A stretch of DNA of 64,000 bases, from positions 264 to 64,263 of the forward strand of contig DATJEK010000095.1 in the NCBI GenBank assembly GCA_035496715.1, given 5' to 3'. Made by a program: the position numbers and the translations under genes. The stretch's first letter is position 1, and every line of letters starts with the position of its first letter. This document shows positions 12,901 through 24,900 of this stretch, in pieces. This stretch comes from Candidatus Eiseniibacteriota bacterium (GTDB taxonomy: Bacteria > Omnitrophota > Gorgyraeia > 2-02-FULL-51-18). The notes under the pieces were generated by a model, which ran no database searches, was not told the DNA's origin, and saw nothing but the letters and a program-made list of their open reading frames with translations.

Positions 12901-15900
12901 GGCCGCCTCGGCGAGGTTTTCGACGGTCTTGCGCTGCGAATCGGGAACGCGCATGGCCAGCGCCCGCAGGAGGACGATCCATTCGTCGCGGTCCCTGCGG
13001 GACTTCGCCAGGAGCCGTTCGATCTCCGGCTTCTCCAGCTCCTGCACGGCCGCGTTGAAGTCGCCGGAACGATGACGGTAGACCTGGTCGGCGGTGATCG
13101 GATTCGGGAACGCTTTCGACTCCTCGGCCACGTTCTCGGGCGTGCGCCGGGCGGGGTCGGGAATACGCATCGCCAGCGACCAGAAGAGCGTGTTCCAGTC
13201 GTCGGGAGTCTTGGCGTCCTTCGCGAGAAGCCGCTCGATGACCGGGGTCTCCAGCTCCTGGAGGAAAAGGCGGTACTCGTCGGCAAGCATCCGGAACGTC
13301 CCCGTGTCCCTGCGCTCCAGGGCGCCGTAGAGCGCGTTGACGTAGAGCGTGTGCGGAGACGGCAGGTCGGGACGGGCGGCGGGCAGCGGCAGGCCCAGCT
13401 CGATCGACTTGCGGGCGATCCGCGTGTACCGGAACTGCCCTTCGACGATCTCGTCGTAGAGTCGGGTCATCGCGCGCTGTTCCCGCGCGCCCGCATGGAA
13501 ACGGCGCAGGCGCGCCAACTTGAAGAGGAGCGGAATTTCCGCGTCGGTCGGAGCGGTCGAAGCCGACGCCAGGTACTCGGCGAGTTCCGCCGGCGCGAAT
13601 TGGCGCAGGTAGCGGTTGCCGCGGACGTGGTCGACGATCTGCACGACGCCGGGCCGGCCGCGGCGGCCGGCGCGCGTGACGACCTGGCGCTCGGCGCGCT
13701 CGGTGCGGCTGTGGTGCGTGCTGAGCACGATGAGCCCGGCGACGACGCCCAGCGGGCCGTGCGTGTCGTAGGGTTCGTACATCTCCTTGTCGAGCTTGAT
13801 CTCCTGCCCGCGGCTGGCGACCTGCGCGGCGATCGTGACCGAGAACGCGTCGCCGATCTTGTTCCAAAGGCCCGCGTCGCGGTTCTCGTCGCGGCCGTCG
13901 ATGACGCGCACCGCGTTCGGCTGCAGGAAAGGCCGCCGCGCGTTCGCCTGCTGGATGAGCTCGCGCAGGCGCTCGGCCTCCTTCGGCGATTCGGCGTTGA
14001 TCAGGATCGGCCGGCCGCTCGCGTAGGCGCTCTCGACGAGCTCCACGAGGTAGGCGTGCTTCTCCTCGATCGTCATGAAATAACGGACCGGCTTCTCGTC
14101 GCGGCGGCTCCGGTAGACCTGCGGGAGCTCCTTGATGCGCGCGCGGTAGAGCTGCCGCATCTCCTCGCGCGTGTGATCGCCGATCACGCCGACGACGGCG
14201 CTGAACGGGAGCCGGTTGTAGAATTCGGGCGTCGTCATCACCGACTCGATGACCGTCTCGCTCTGGACCGGGATGCCCTCCTTGATCTCGAGGAACGTGT
14301 GGATGCTGCGGCCCCAGCGCTTCTGCAGCTTGGTCTCGCCGGTGTTCTCGTCGCGGATCATGACCTTGCCCTCTTTCACGAAATAGCTGACGTCCTTCTC
14401 GAAGACCTTCATCGCCTCCAGGGCGGCCAAAAGCATGTCGAAGAGATCGCGCGAGCCCAGGAGCGCGTCGAGATTCTTCACGTCTTTCAGTCTGTCCCGC
14501 AGGCGGCGGGTCGTTTCCTGCCGGTCCCCGAGGAAGCGCACCGACAGCGGCTCGACGGCGTAGTCGACGTTCTCGCGCAGCGAGCCGGCCGCCGCCCAGA
14601 TCGTCTGGTACACCTTCGCCATCTTGGCGTCGAGCCGGTAGACCTTGCTGAAAAACGCCAGCGGATCGTTGACGACATCCAAGAGCGGCGTGTCGGCCTC
14701 CTCGACCAGGAGCCACGGCGGAGTCCCCTCGGGATGAAGCTTTTCCCCCTCGGTGCCGAACCAGTCGCTCATCCAGAGGAAGATGAGCTCGTCGTACGGC
14801 CCGTAAACGACGTCGGACTCCGCGAAGATCTTGCGGATGCCGGCGCGGCGCGTCATCACGCTCCCCTGGCCCTTGGCGGCCAGCGGACGCAGGTGCTTGT
14901 TGGTCTTGCGCAGGTTGTTCGGCTCCTCGTCGAACTCGTAGGCGTTGTTGTTCAGCACGGTCGCGACCTTGAGAGCGAGGCGGTGCAGGATGGCGCCCGC
15001 CACCTGCGAGTCGCGCGCGGTCAGGAGCGCGCTCCAGTCGTGCACCTCGACCTTGCGGCCCGAGAGCACCTGCAGATAGGAAGCGAGCACCGTGGTCAGC
15101 GTCTTGCCTTCGGAGGGCTGCATCCCGACGATGTTCTTGTTCTCGAGGAGGAGGAGCGCCGCCTGGATCTGGTTCCTGGCCGGTGCGCCGCCGACGTACT
15201 GCACGGTGTCCGGATGGACGCGTTTCACGCTCGACAGGCCGATGCGCTCGTCGTTGCGCTCGATCTCGGCGCGGATTTCGCCCTTGCCTCCCCGGCCCGT
15301 CTCGCGGTGGCGGAAACCGGTCACCTGGCCGGACTCGATGACGGGCGTGTACCCGGCCGGGAGCGTGGAGCTCTGGATCTTGCCGCTTCGCATCACCACC
15401 TCGGCCTGGCCGCCGGGCAGTTCCGCGTGACGGATCACGTACGTGACTTCGTTCTGCGCGGCAATGCGCCCGGCGGCGACCGAAAAGAGCGCCACCGCGT
15501 ATCCGGCGTCCTCGGCGGTCATCTCATGGCCGCGGAGCCGCCGCTTCAGCTCTTCCGACTTTTGGAAGATCGCCTCGTCCGAATCCGGCTGGATCTCCGG
15601 CAGGCGCCGGTCGCGCTCGCGCAGCACTTCCTCGAGAGGGAATCGGCCGACCATGTCGCCGGCGGCGACGGGCGCCGGAGGGATCGAAAGCTCGGCCACC
15701 TCGTCCCTCAGCCGGTCCACGAGGGCCAGCCTCGCGCCGGCGACCTTCGTGATCGTGGCTTCCGCTTCGTTCACGGCGTAGGAGCCGGCCGGCAATTGGA
15801 TCTGCTCGAGATAGGAGCCCTGGCCGGTGAAACGCGTGAAAAGCGTCCTCTCCGATTCGCCCTGGCCCCACTTCAGGCGGAGCACCCACTGCGCGGGCGG

Positions 15901-18900
15901 GCCGTCGGAAGAGGCTTCGAGAAAATACGCCGAGACGCGCACGACGGCCCCCGGTTTGATCGCCGACAGGCCGATCGCGACCGCGTGCGTTTTCTCGTCG
16001 GGGCCCCGGCCGCTTCCGAAATAGAGCGTGGCGGCGTCCGCGCGGCCGCTGCCGGAGGTCTTGAGCGAAATCTCCTTCTCGGCGAACGGACGGCTTTCGG
16101 GATTCGAGTAGGCGCCGGCCAGCGCGAAACGGGCGACGCGCTTCTTGGGGTCCTCGATGTCGGAGCCCTTGGCCGTGCGCACCTCGCCGGAGCGTTTCAC
16201 GACGCGCAGGAGCGCCTGCAGGTGGCTCTTGTTGTCCGCGAGGAGATAATAGGCGTCGTAGTCCCTCTTGGACGCGGCGCGGAGCACGATCCGGTTTCCG
16301 GAAGGAAGATAAGCGGCCGCGGCCGGGACTTTCGCTCGCAGGCCTTCGAGAGTCAGCACCGTGTATCGCGCGGTTTCGCCGGGGACCCACGGCCCGTTTT
16401 CGATCTTTTCCTTGGTCTCCCCCTCGCGCCAGCCGCCGTGATGGTGGAACGGGAACTTGGCGGTCAGCGAATAGGAAGGCTTGTCCGCTTCGGCCGTCGC
16501 GTCGAGCGCTTTCAAGACCTCCGGGTCGGCGAATTTGGCGCCGCGCGCGGCCCAGACGATGAAGTCCCGCGGCGAGAGCGCAAGCTCCGTCAGATGCGTG
16601 CCCGTGTCTTCCGAAAAGCGGTAATAACGGGGCGAGCGGCCCTCCCCTTCCTCCTCGGCGACGAAGAGGATCTCGTCCTTCTCGGGGAGCATCGGCCCCA
16701 GGTAAGGAAGTTTGGTTCTGAGCTCCTGGACCGTCGTGAAACGGAAGCGCACCTTCGTGCCCGGATCGTGACGCGTGAGGACCGCGATCCGCCCGGCCGC
16801 CCCCTCGGGCTGCCAGGAGACGTGCTGGATCGTCCTCGACGAGCCCGCCGTTTCTTCATACGACCCCGAGGGGACGCCCAGCGGGAACCGGCCGTCCTCC
16901 CCGGGCCGGTAGGCGTTTTTCTCGAGCAGCGTGCGCAGGACCTGCGGCTCGGCCGCGGAAACCGGGAAATACCGGATCGCGAAGCCGTCGCCCTTGCGGA
17001 CGATCTCGAACGGCGTGAAGCGCCGGTAGTCGATGTCGCGGGTCTTGCCCGAGCGCTTGCGCTCGCGCGTCTCGATCGTGATCTCGTCGCCGTCCTTGAC
17101 CGGCTGGAAGGCGCTCCACTCGTTCGCGGCCCCTTCTTCGCCGTCCTTCATCTTGACCTGCGTCGCCTTCGAGAGGACGTAGACGTCTTCGCCGCGCGAA
17201 ATGAAGACGTCTTCGCGTTCCAGGTCGAGCCCGTTGGCGTAGCCGGGCAGGGCGTCCCAGCGGGCCAAAAGATGAAGGAGCTGCCGGAAGTTGATCGGCT
17301 GGTCCTGCGCGTACGGTAAAAAGCCGCGTTCGGGAACTTCGAACGGGACGTCGTTGACGGTGAGGCGAAGCCGCGCGGACGCCAGACGCGCGCCGGCGAC
17401 GACGGGCGGAGCCGGCGGACGGGACGTGACGGCTTCCATCGGGCGCGCGGCCGAAGGAGGCTCTCCCGCGCGCACCGGCGAGGGCCTTTCGGGCTTGCGA
17501 AGGACGTATACCTGCCGCGGCACGCCGGTGTGGAGCGCGTGAGCGGGCACCGCCTTGTTGAGCACCTCGAAGCCGAGCGCCCGGAAGTCGTCCGAATCGA
17601 CCATCAGCGTCGTGTAGCCGGTCGCGATGAAGTAACCTCCCGGCTCGAGCGCTTCATAGGCCCGCCGGGCCATCACGAGCGCCTGTTCGCGGGTGACGAC
17701 CATGTAGTTGATGCCGCCGAGCGTCGTCAGAAGATGCGCCTTCGAGCCGATCTTCGCCTCGAGCGGCGCGTCCTCGGTCAGGTCGGCCTGGACCACGCGC
17801 GCGACGCCCGAGTCGCCGATGCGCCCCTGGGCCGCGCGGACGAGACCGGCGTTCCGCTCGAGCAGCACCAGCTGCGCGAACGGCAGGTCGTAGTCGCCGT
17901 CGGCGTAGCCGTCGTACAACGCCTCGTGAAGTTTGCGCAGAAACCGGCCGTCCCCTCCGCCGAGGTCCGCGACCACCGCCCGCGAGACGCCCGCGCCGTT
18001 CAGCGCCCGCAGGACCCGCAGGGACGCGTCCACCATCGCGGCGTCGATGCCCTGATCGTAAAAACGGTAGCCGTCCTGCCGCTGCCACGAGTTCCAGTGG
18101 CCGTCCTCGAACGGCTGTCCGAACGAGACGCCGGTGTGGAGCTCAAATTCATCCCCCTTCAGGAGGTCCAGAAAACGCGGCGGGAAATAATAGGGGTTGC
18201 GCATGTCGTCGGGCTCGAAAAGGAGAACAAGCCGCTTCTGCGAGGGCACGTAAACCGCCTGGGCGCCCTCCATGAGCAGGCGGTCGAAGACGAACTGGAC
18301 TTTCTCGACCTCGAGCGGCGCTCCGGGCGGCAGATCGAGCGACAGGCCCCGGCCCGAGAAGTCCATCGACCAGTAAACCGGCTCCGGCGTAAAGGCGTCG
18401 CGGATCTCGATCTCGCGGTCGGAGGCGAGGCCCTGCAGCGTCGTCTTGATCTGTTCGAGACGTTCGGTCTCCGTCCCCGTAAACACGGGCCTCACCTCCA
18501 GCCCTTCGAACTTCACGGCGGCCAGCCGAGCCCCCAGGCTCGCAGTCCCGAGAGGGTTCCCCTCGAGGGACAGTCGAGCGCCCGCCCTCACCATCGTCTC
18601 GGACGGCGCCGGCGGCTCTTCGCGCCGGATCGGCGCGGGCGGCCGCTGTTTCGGATAAAAGTCCGCCAAACGGTCGGCCGCGACCAGCGAGATGCCGATG
18701 AGGATCGCGAAGTCGGCGGGATTGGCGATCGAGCGGTACATCACGATCATGTCCGTCGCGCCCTGGAAGAGAAACACTTCGGTGACGTTGGAAATCCATC
18801 CGGCCACCATGACCACCCAGCCGACGTGCGCCCCGGCGCGGCGCGCGAACACCACGGCGGCCGTCCAGAAGGCCTGCGCGATCACCAGCGCCGTCAGGAA

Positions 18901-21900
18901 CTGCCAGGGCTGGAAGATTCCGCCGTAATAAATCCGGTCGCCCGCGAGAGACTTCACCCACCAGTCGAGGAGCGGGATCCCTCCCAGGAGCGCCCAGACG
19001 ACGGGTTTCGAGAAGGTCTCCTGCGAAGGGCGCCCGGAGCTGCGCGCGAGCGCGACGGCGCCGTAGACGATCATGAAAAGGGCGGTCGACACGAGGCTCT
19101 GCATCGGCCAGAACGACGCGGAGAGGTAGGCCAGATTGACCGTCGCGTCGAACGTCCAGGCGTACGCGGACGCCCTGCCGTACGCGAGCGCCTGAGCGGC
19201 GCGCAGCGCCAGGAGTCCCGCGTAACCGGCCGCCAGCGCCGGGAAAAAGGCGACGGGCCCCAGAAGATGGAGCGCGGCGGTGGCCGTGAGGACGGGCACG
19301 AGCGAGACGAAAAAGTTTCCGATCGGCGCGAGCCTGGCTCCCCGCACCGCCGGCGGGGCGGACGGCGCCGGAGGCGCCTCGTACAGGGTCTCGTAGCGCA
19401 TCGGCAAAAGACGCCGGCGGCCGCTCACGTCTTCGTCGTGGCGCGGCGCCAGGAGGACGTTGCTCACCAGGAGGGCCGAGGGAACGACGCCGGGCCGCTC
19501 GTTCGTGACGATGAGGGAACCCCTGGCGTCGTTGTAATCGAAGAAAGCGCCGCGGCGCGGCGCCGCGTTCAGCGCGCGGAAGTAGTCCTCCTGCAGCAGG
19601 TTTTCGATGTGCATTTCCCGCAGGCCGCTGACGAAGCCCTTGCCTCCGCGGCGCAGGAGCTCTTTCACGTCGCGCACGGCGGCCATCTTGTCGATCACGT
19701 ACGGCAGCGTCTCGAACGTCACGAGGACCAGATCGAAGCTCTCCTTCCCGTAGACGGGCGCCAGGCCCTCCTCGAGATCGTGGTATTGGACGCGGGCGTC
19801 GAAGTCGGCCAGGAAATTTTCGAGCTCCTCGCGGGACGGCACGCGCGCCACCAACCCGCCGCGAGCCAGATCCTTCAGGTATTCCTCGTACACGCGGGAG
19901 GGAACCCGGATCGGGTCCTTGTTGACGAACGTCAGGTCGAGCGCTCGGCCGTATCGGCCCCGGAGATTGCGGATCACCTCTCCCCCGCCCGCGCCGACCA
20001 CGAGCATGCGGGCCGATCCGCGCGAGGCGATCGCGTCGCGGATCGCGTCGTCGAGTTTTCCCGCGTAAAGGTTGTCTTCGGTCGAGAGCGGCCGCAGCAC
20101 GTTCCCCGGCGCGAGATAGGGATTGATGCCGCCGGTGTGGATCAGCTCGGAAAGCGCGTAGCCGGCGTCGCTGAAATGCGAGGCGGCGCGCGCCAGGTAG
20201 AGAGCGGAGATCTCTCGGCCGTTTTCGTTCACCTCGACCTCGGCGCCCGCGGGGCCGAACCGCGAGAGCGACCGGAAGGACGGCAGCGCGTTGAGCTCCT
20301 CGGCGAGGTCCTCAAACCGGCCCGCGGCCCATTCAAACGTCGTCCGGAGCGTCTCCCCGATCGGAGCGTCGGCCAGACGCCCGAGCGCGGCGCGAAGTTC
20401 CGCGGCGTGACGGACGAATTCGCGGGCGCGCCGGTCGTCCAGATCGCCCTGGGAGAAAACCTGCTCGACGGCGGCCAGCGATTTCACCGCGCGCTCCAGC
20501 GGCCGCGAGAGTTCGACGGCGAGCCGGGCGCCCGCGGGCTCCCGGTCGAGGACGCTTTCCATCTCGCGGAAAAGCCACCACGCCTTCTCGAGCGACACCA
20601 CCAGGCGCTCGCGGGCGGAATCCGAAAGATCCGGATGCTGGCGCGCGGCCGACAGAAGATCGGCGGTCCTCGACGTCCAGGTGCGGAGTCCGCGGACCGC
20701 CGCCGCGTCGTCGTCCGGGCGGCGCAGAGCGGCGCCGCTGGCGGAACGCAGGCCCGCCAGGAGTTCCTGCGCGTCCTCGCGCATCCCGGCGGCGCCGGCG
20801 CCGGCTTCGTCCAGGTGCGCGATCAGACGGTTGGCCTCATGGACGTGGGAAGCGGCCAAAACCAGCAGGACGTTCACCCGCTGGGGAGTCGGCAGGGCCT
20901 TGGACGCCCAATCCGCGAAGAAAATCTGAAATTCGTTCTGGAACGATTCCATGGCGCGGCTGAAATCCGCGCTGCCGGCCGCGAACGGCAAATCGAGCCG
21001 CACGACCAGCCCCCAGGCGAGCATGAGGGCGGAGCGGAGCGGCTCGAGCTGCCGCTGACGGGACATCTCCGCCGCATGGTCCGAGAACTGCCGCAGGCGC
21101 GCGAGCGTCTCCGCGATGGGTCCGGCTTCGGGCGTTTCTTCGGGCGCGCGGCCGATCTCGGCGATCAGGTCGTCGACGGCCTTCGCAAAGTAGCCGAGGC
21201 CGCGGCGCGCGAACTCGAAACCGTCCTCCGGCGCGGAAGGCCCCGCCAGGCGGGCTCCCGCGTAAAGGATATCCGAGACGGGATCACCCGCTCGCTCGGG
21301 ATAGAGGTTCGCCGCCTGTTCGGCGACCCAGTAGAACTTGTCGGATGCCCCCCGCAGGGACTGCGCTCTCAGCTGGACAAGCCGCAATGTCTCCAGAAGC
21401 GTGAAATGCGTTTCTCCGCCCAGAGCGAACTCCTCGCCCTTTTCCGAAAGGATCGCGCGCAGGCGCGCCTCTTTACCCGGCGTCCAGCGCCGGGCTTCGC
21501 GCTCGAGGCGGTTATGGATGACGCGTCGGACGGCCAGCGCGTAGGCGGCCGCCTCGGCGTCGCGCGGCGGCTGCGGCGAAAGAAGCCGGCCCAGGCTCCA
21601 GAGGATCGCGTAACGCTTGTTGCGCCGCCCGCGGACGGGATCGAATCCGCGCGGTGTGCGCGGGTCGGCGAGGAACGTCACGACCGACGCCAGGGGGTCG
21701 GCCAGGTGCTGGATCAGTTTGCCGGGCGACAGCCGGGGGGCGCGCGCCTTTTCCGTCTTGTGCGCGACGGCGTTCGCCGCGTACGCGCGCACGGTGTAAT
21801 CCTGGTCGAGAAGCGCGTAAAGCACGGCTTCCCTGCGCACCGAAGCGAAGCGCGGGTCGTTCAGGATGCGCTCGAGCGCGCCGAGGCGGTCGCTGACGTA

Positions 21901-24900
21901 CTCGGCGCGAAGCATCGCGCCGGTCCGGCGCAGGAGCTCCGCCTGGTCGAGCTCGGCGGGCAGGCCTTCGGGCTCCGCGGGTTCGCGGCGCTTGAGAGCG
22001 ATGAATTTGAAATCATCGGCTTGCGCTTCCACCGGCACGGCGAGGACGGCGGGCGAGGCGGCGTTGGCCGGTTCCCACCGGCTGAAGTCGAACGCCCGCC
22101 CTTCGGCGTCGGACGCCGTGAACAGGGCCGGATCGAAACCCGCTTCCCCGCGGTCGGGCAGCTCGATGCGGACCTGCTGTTTCGTTTCCCAGGGTCGCAG
22201 GTCCAGGAGGAGCGTCGTCCAGTCCCCGGCGTCCCCCTTCCAGGCGAGAGTGAAATAGCGGTCGCGGTTCGAATTGTTGAGCACGCGGAGGAAGCGCTCT
22301 TCGCCGGCCGGCACGCGCCGCAGGAATTCCTGGAGCAGTCCTCCCCACGGCGCCTCCTCGACCAGGTCTTTGAGCGCCGCGAAATCGGGCCGCGAGCGCG
22401 CCTCTTCGAGCGTCAGGAAGGGATGCGTGTGCAGGTCGTCGGGGTCGCGGTTCCCGCCGACCGTCTTGATGAACTGGCCGCGATGGCCGATGAAATCGCG
22501 CAGGTCGATCATCGCGGGCACGCCCAGATGCGCGAGCGCCAGGAGGAGCATCGCCGCGGGGCGCGAGGGGCCTCCCATCGCCTTGAGCGAGAGCTGGTCA
22601 AAATTGGACAGATACGCCAGGACGTGCGGGCGGCGGGCGATCGCGTCGAGCACGGCCGGCTCCAGGGACGAGGCGGGCCGTCCCTCGCGCGCCATGCGGT
22701 AGTAGGCCTCGAAGAGCTTGCCCGAATAGGCGGCATCCGCGCCCAGCGCGAAGAGCTCGTTCTGGTCGGAGGGGCTGGGGACGTCGTACGTTTCCATGTT
22801 GAAATGCACGTCGCGGCCGTAGCGCTCCTGCGCGTAATAGCGGACCTCGGCGAAGACGCCGCGCCACAGCTGCTCCTGCCGGGCCCACCAGGCCTCGAAG
22901 GTCTCACCCTCGCGGATGTCGAGGCCGTTCGCCGCCAGCCACGGCTCGAGCGCGACGCCGCGGGACTTCAGCTCGTCGAAATAGCCGCGCACGTTGTTCT
23001 TGAGGAGCAGGTGCCCGAGATCGATCCGGAACTCGCCGACGCCCTGGTCGACGAGCTTCTTCATCGCTTCGACGTAGTAGCGCCTGTTTTCGGGATGGAA
23101 CGGGTTGGGAATCGCCTGGTCCGCGCTGTGCGAGCCGAAGAACGCGAAATGTTTCACGAGGATCACGCGCTCGGTCCCGCCCTCGTTCAGGCGGACGGCG
23201 AACCAGGAGGGGTTGTCGGCGAGGAGCCGCTCGATCCGCGAGCGCTTCCCGGCCTCGTCCTGCTTCCTCCAGTCCCCGTTCCAGTCCGCGCCGATCTCGC
23301 GGTAGAACATGCGGCGATAATTGGTCTCGTTGACCGCGCCCGGCGAGAGCCAGGAAATGAAATCCGTGACGAGCGTGACGCCCATCGCGGCGGCGTCGGC
23401 GCCGAGCGCCTTGAAATCGGCCTCGACGTCGCCGTCGGACAGAAGCGGGTTTTTGCGGCGCATGTCGTCGACGGAAAACGGGTTGCCGAACGAATCCCGC
23501 AGCTCGAGGCCCGCCAGATCGGCGCGGTGCGTCTCGTAACCGGAAACCTGCACCGTCGCCTCGCCGTCCCGAAGATAGTGCGTGCCGGCGTCCGGCACGC
23601 GGTGGACCTCGCGGGAGAGCTCGCTCATCCCGAAGAGTCCGCCGTACACGTAGAGCTTCTTCACGCCCTTCTGCCGCAGCGACGGCAGAAGCTCCCTCAA
23701 TTTCTTGAGGCTGTTCCGGTAGACGAGCCGGCCGTCCCTGAGCTCGGCGCCCAGGTCCATGAGGCTCACCGAGAGGACGAGCCGGTCGATCCCCGGCGCG
23801 GCGCGCAGCTCCGAGGCGTCCGGACGCGCGGAAAGCCGGGCGCCGCGGCCGGCCGTTTCGACGTAGCGGTCGATCGAGACCGCCTGCTCCATCCGCCCCC
23901 AGGCCAGGTAGAGCTCCGTGAACGCGACCCCGATCTCGTTCGGTCCGCCGCTCAGCGCCTCGACGTCGCGCTCCACGGCGTCGCGGATCTCGTTCAAGAT
24001 GTTCCGGACGCGGTGCTGCGCGCGCTCTTCGGCCGTCGTCGTCGGGCGCCGCTCGAGAAGCGAGAGGAAAAGCGTCAGAGACTGGGCGAAATTCATCGTG
24101 AGCACGTCCTGAAGGCTGAGCCCCGGGCGGCTCGAAACCGCGTAACCGGCGGCCACCGCCCAGGAGTCGGGCGCCGCGACGCGCCAGGTGTAACGGCCGA
24201 AAATCCTCGCGACTTCCGGCATCGCGAACATCGACCGCAGGCTCTCGCGGCCCGCGTCGAAGGATCGGAAAAGCTCCGCCGAAGCGCCGTCGCGCGTGGC
24301 GCGAAGGTATTCGGCGAAACCGGCCGCGGTTTCGTTCGAGGTCACGGGGAGCTCCGAGGCGTAATCGGAAACGGCCCTTCCCAGGAGCTCCTGGAACCGC
24401 GCGTCCGCGTTCGCGAGCGTCTTGAAGCCGGGATCCGCCAGCAGCTGTTCGCTGAAATAGGACGGCCCCAGCTCGAAATCGGTCTCGTCGGCGGCCAACC
24501 GCGCCCCCGCCAGGTCGTACAACCGGCTCCAGAGGGCGCCGAACGCAGGCTCTTTCGCGGACAAGGGATGCGATTCGATGAGCGTCTGAGAAAAACGGGC
24601 CGGGCCGGCGATACTTCCGGCCAGCCGCGCGATCGCCACCACGAACGGCTCGCTTTTCGCGGTCGCCAGCGCGTTCCGGAACGCCGCCGAGGCCGGATCG
24701 AGATCATAAAAATAGCCGGACAGGAGCGCTGTGAGGGGACCCGTGAAGTCGACGTTGAAATCTTCCGGCTCGTTGTCGTAATACGACGTGACCCGCCGTT
24801 CGTGAACGACGTCGTAGATCAGGCGCGCGAGATCCAGGAACCGGTAACCCGCCAGCCTGCGGCGCGCCGTCTCCTGATTCGCGCCGCCGGCGACGATTTC

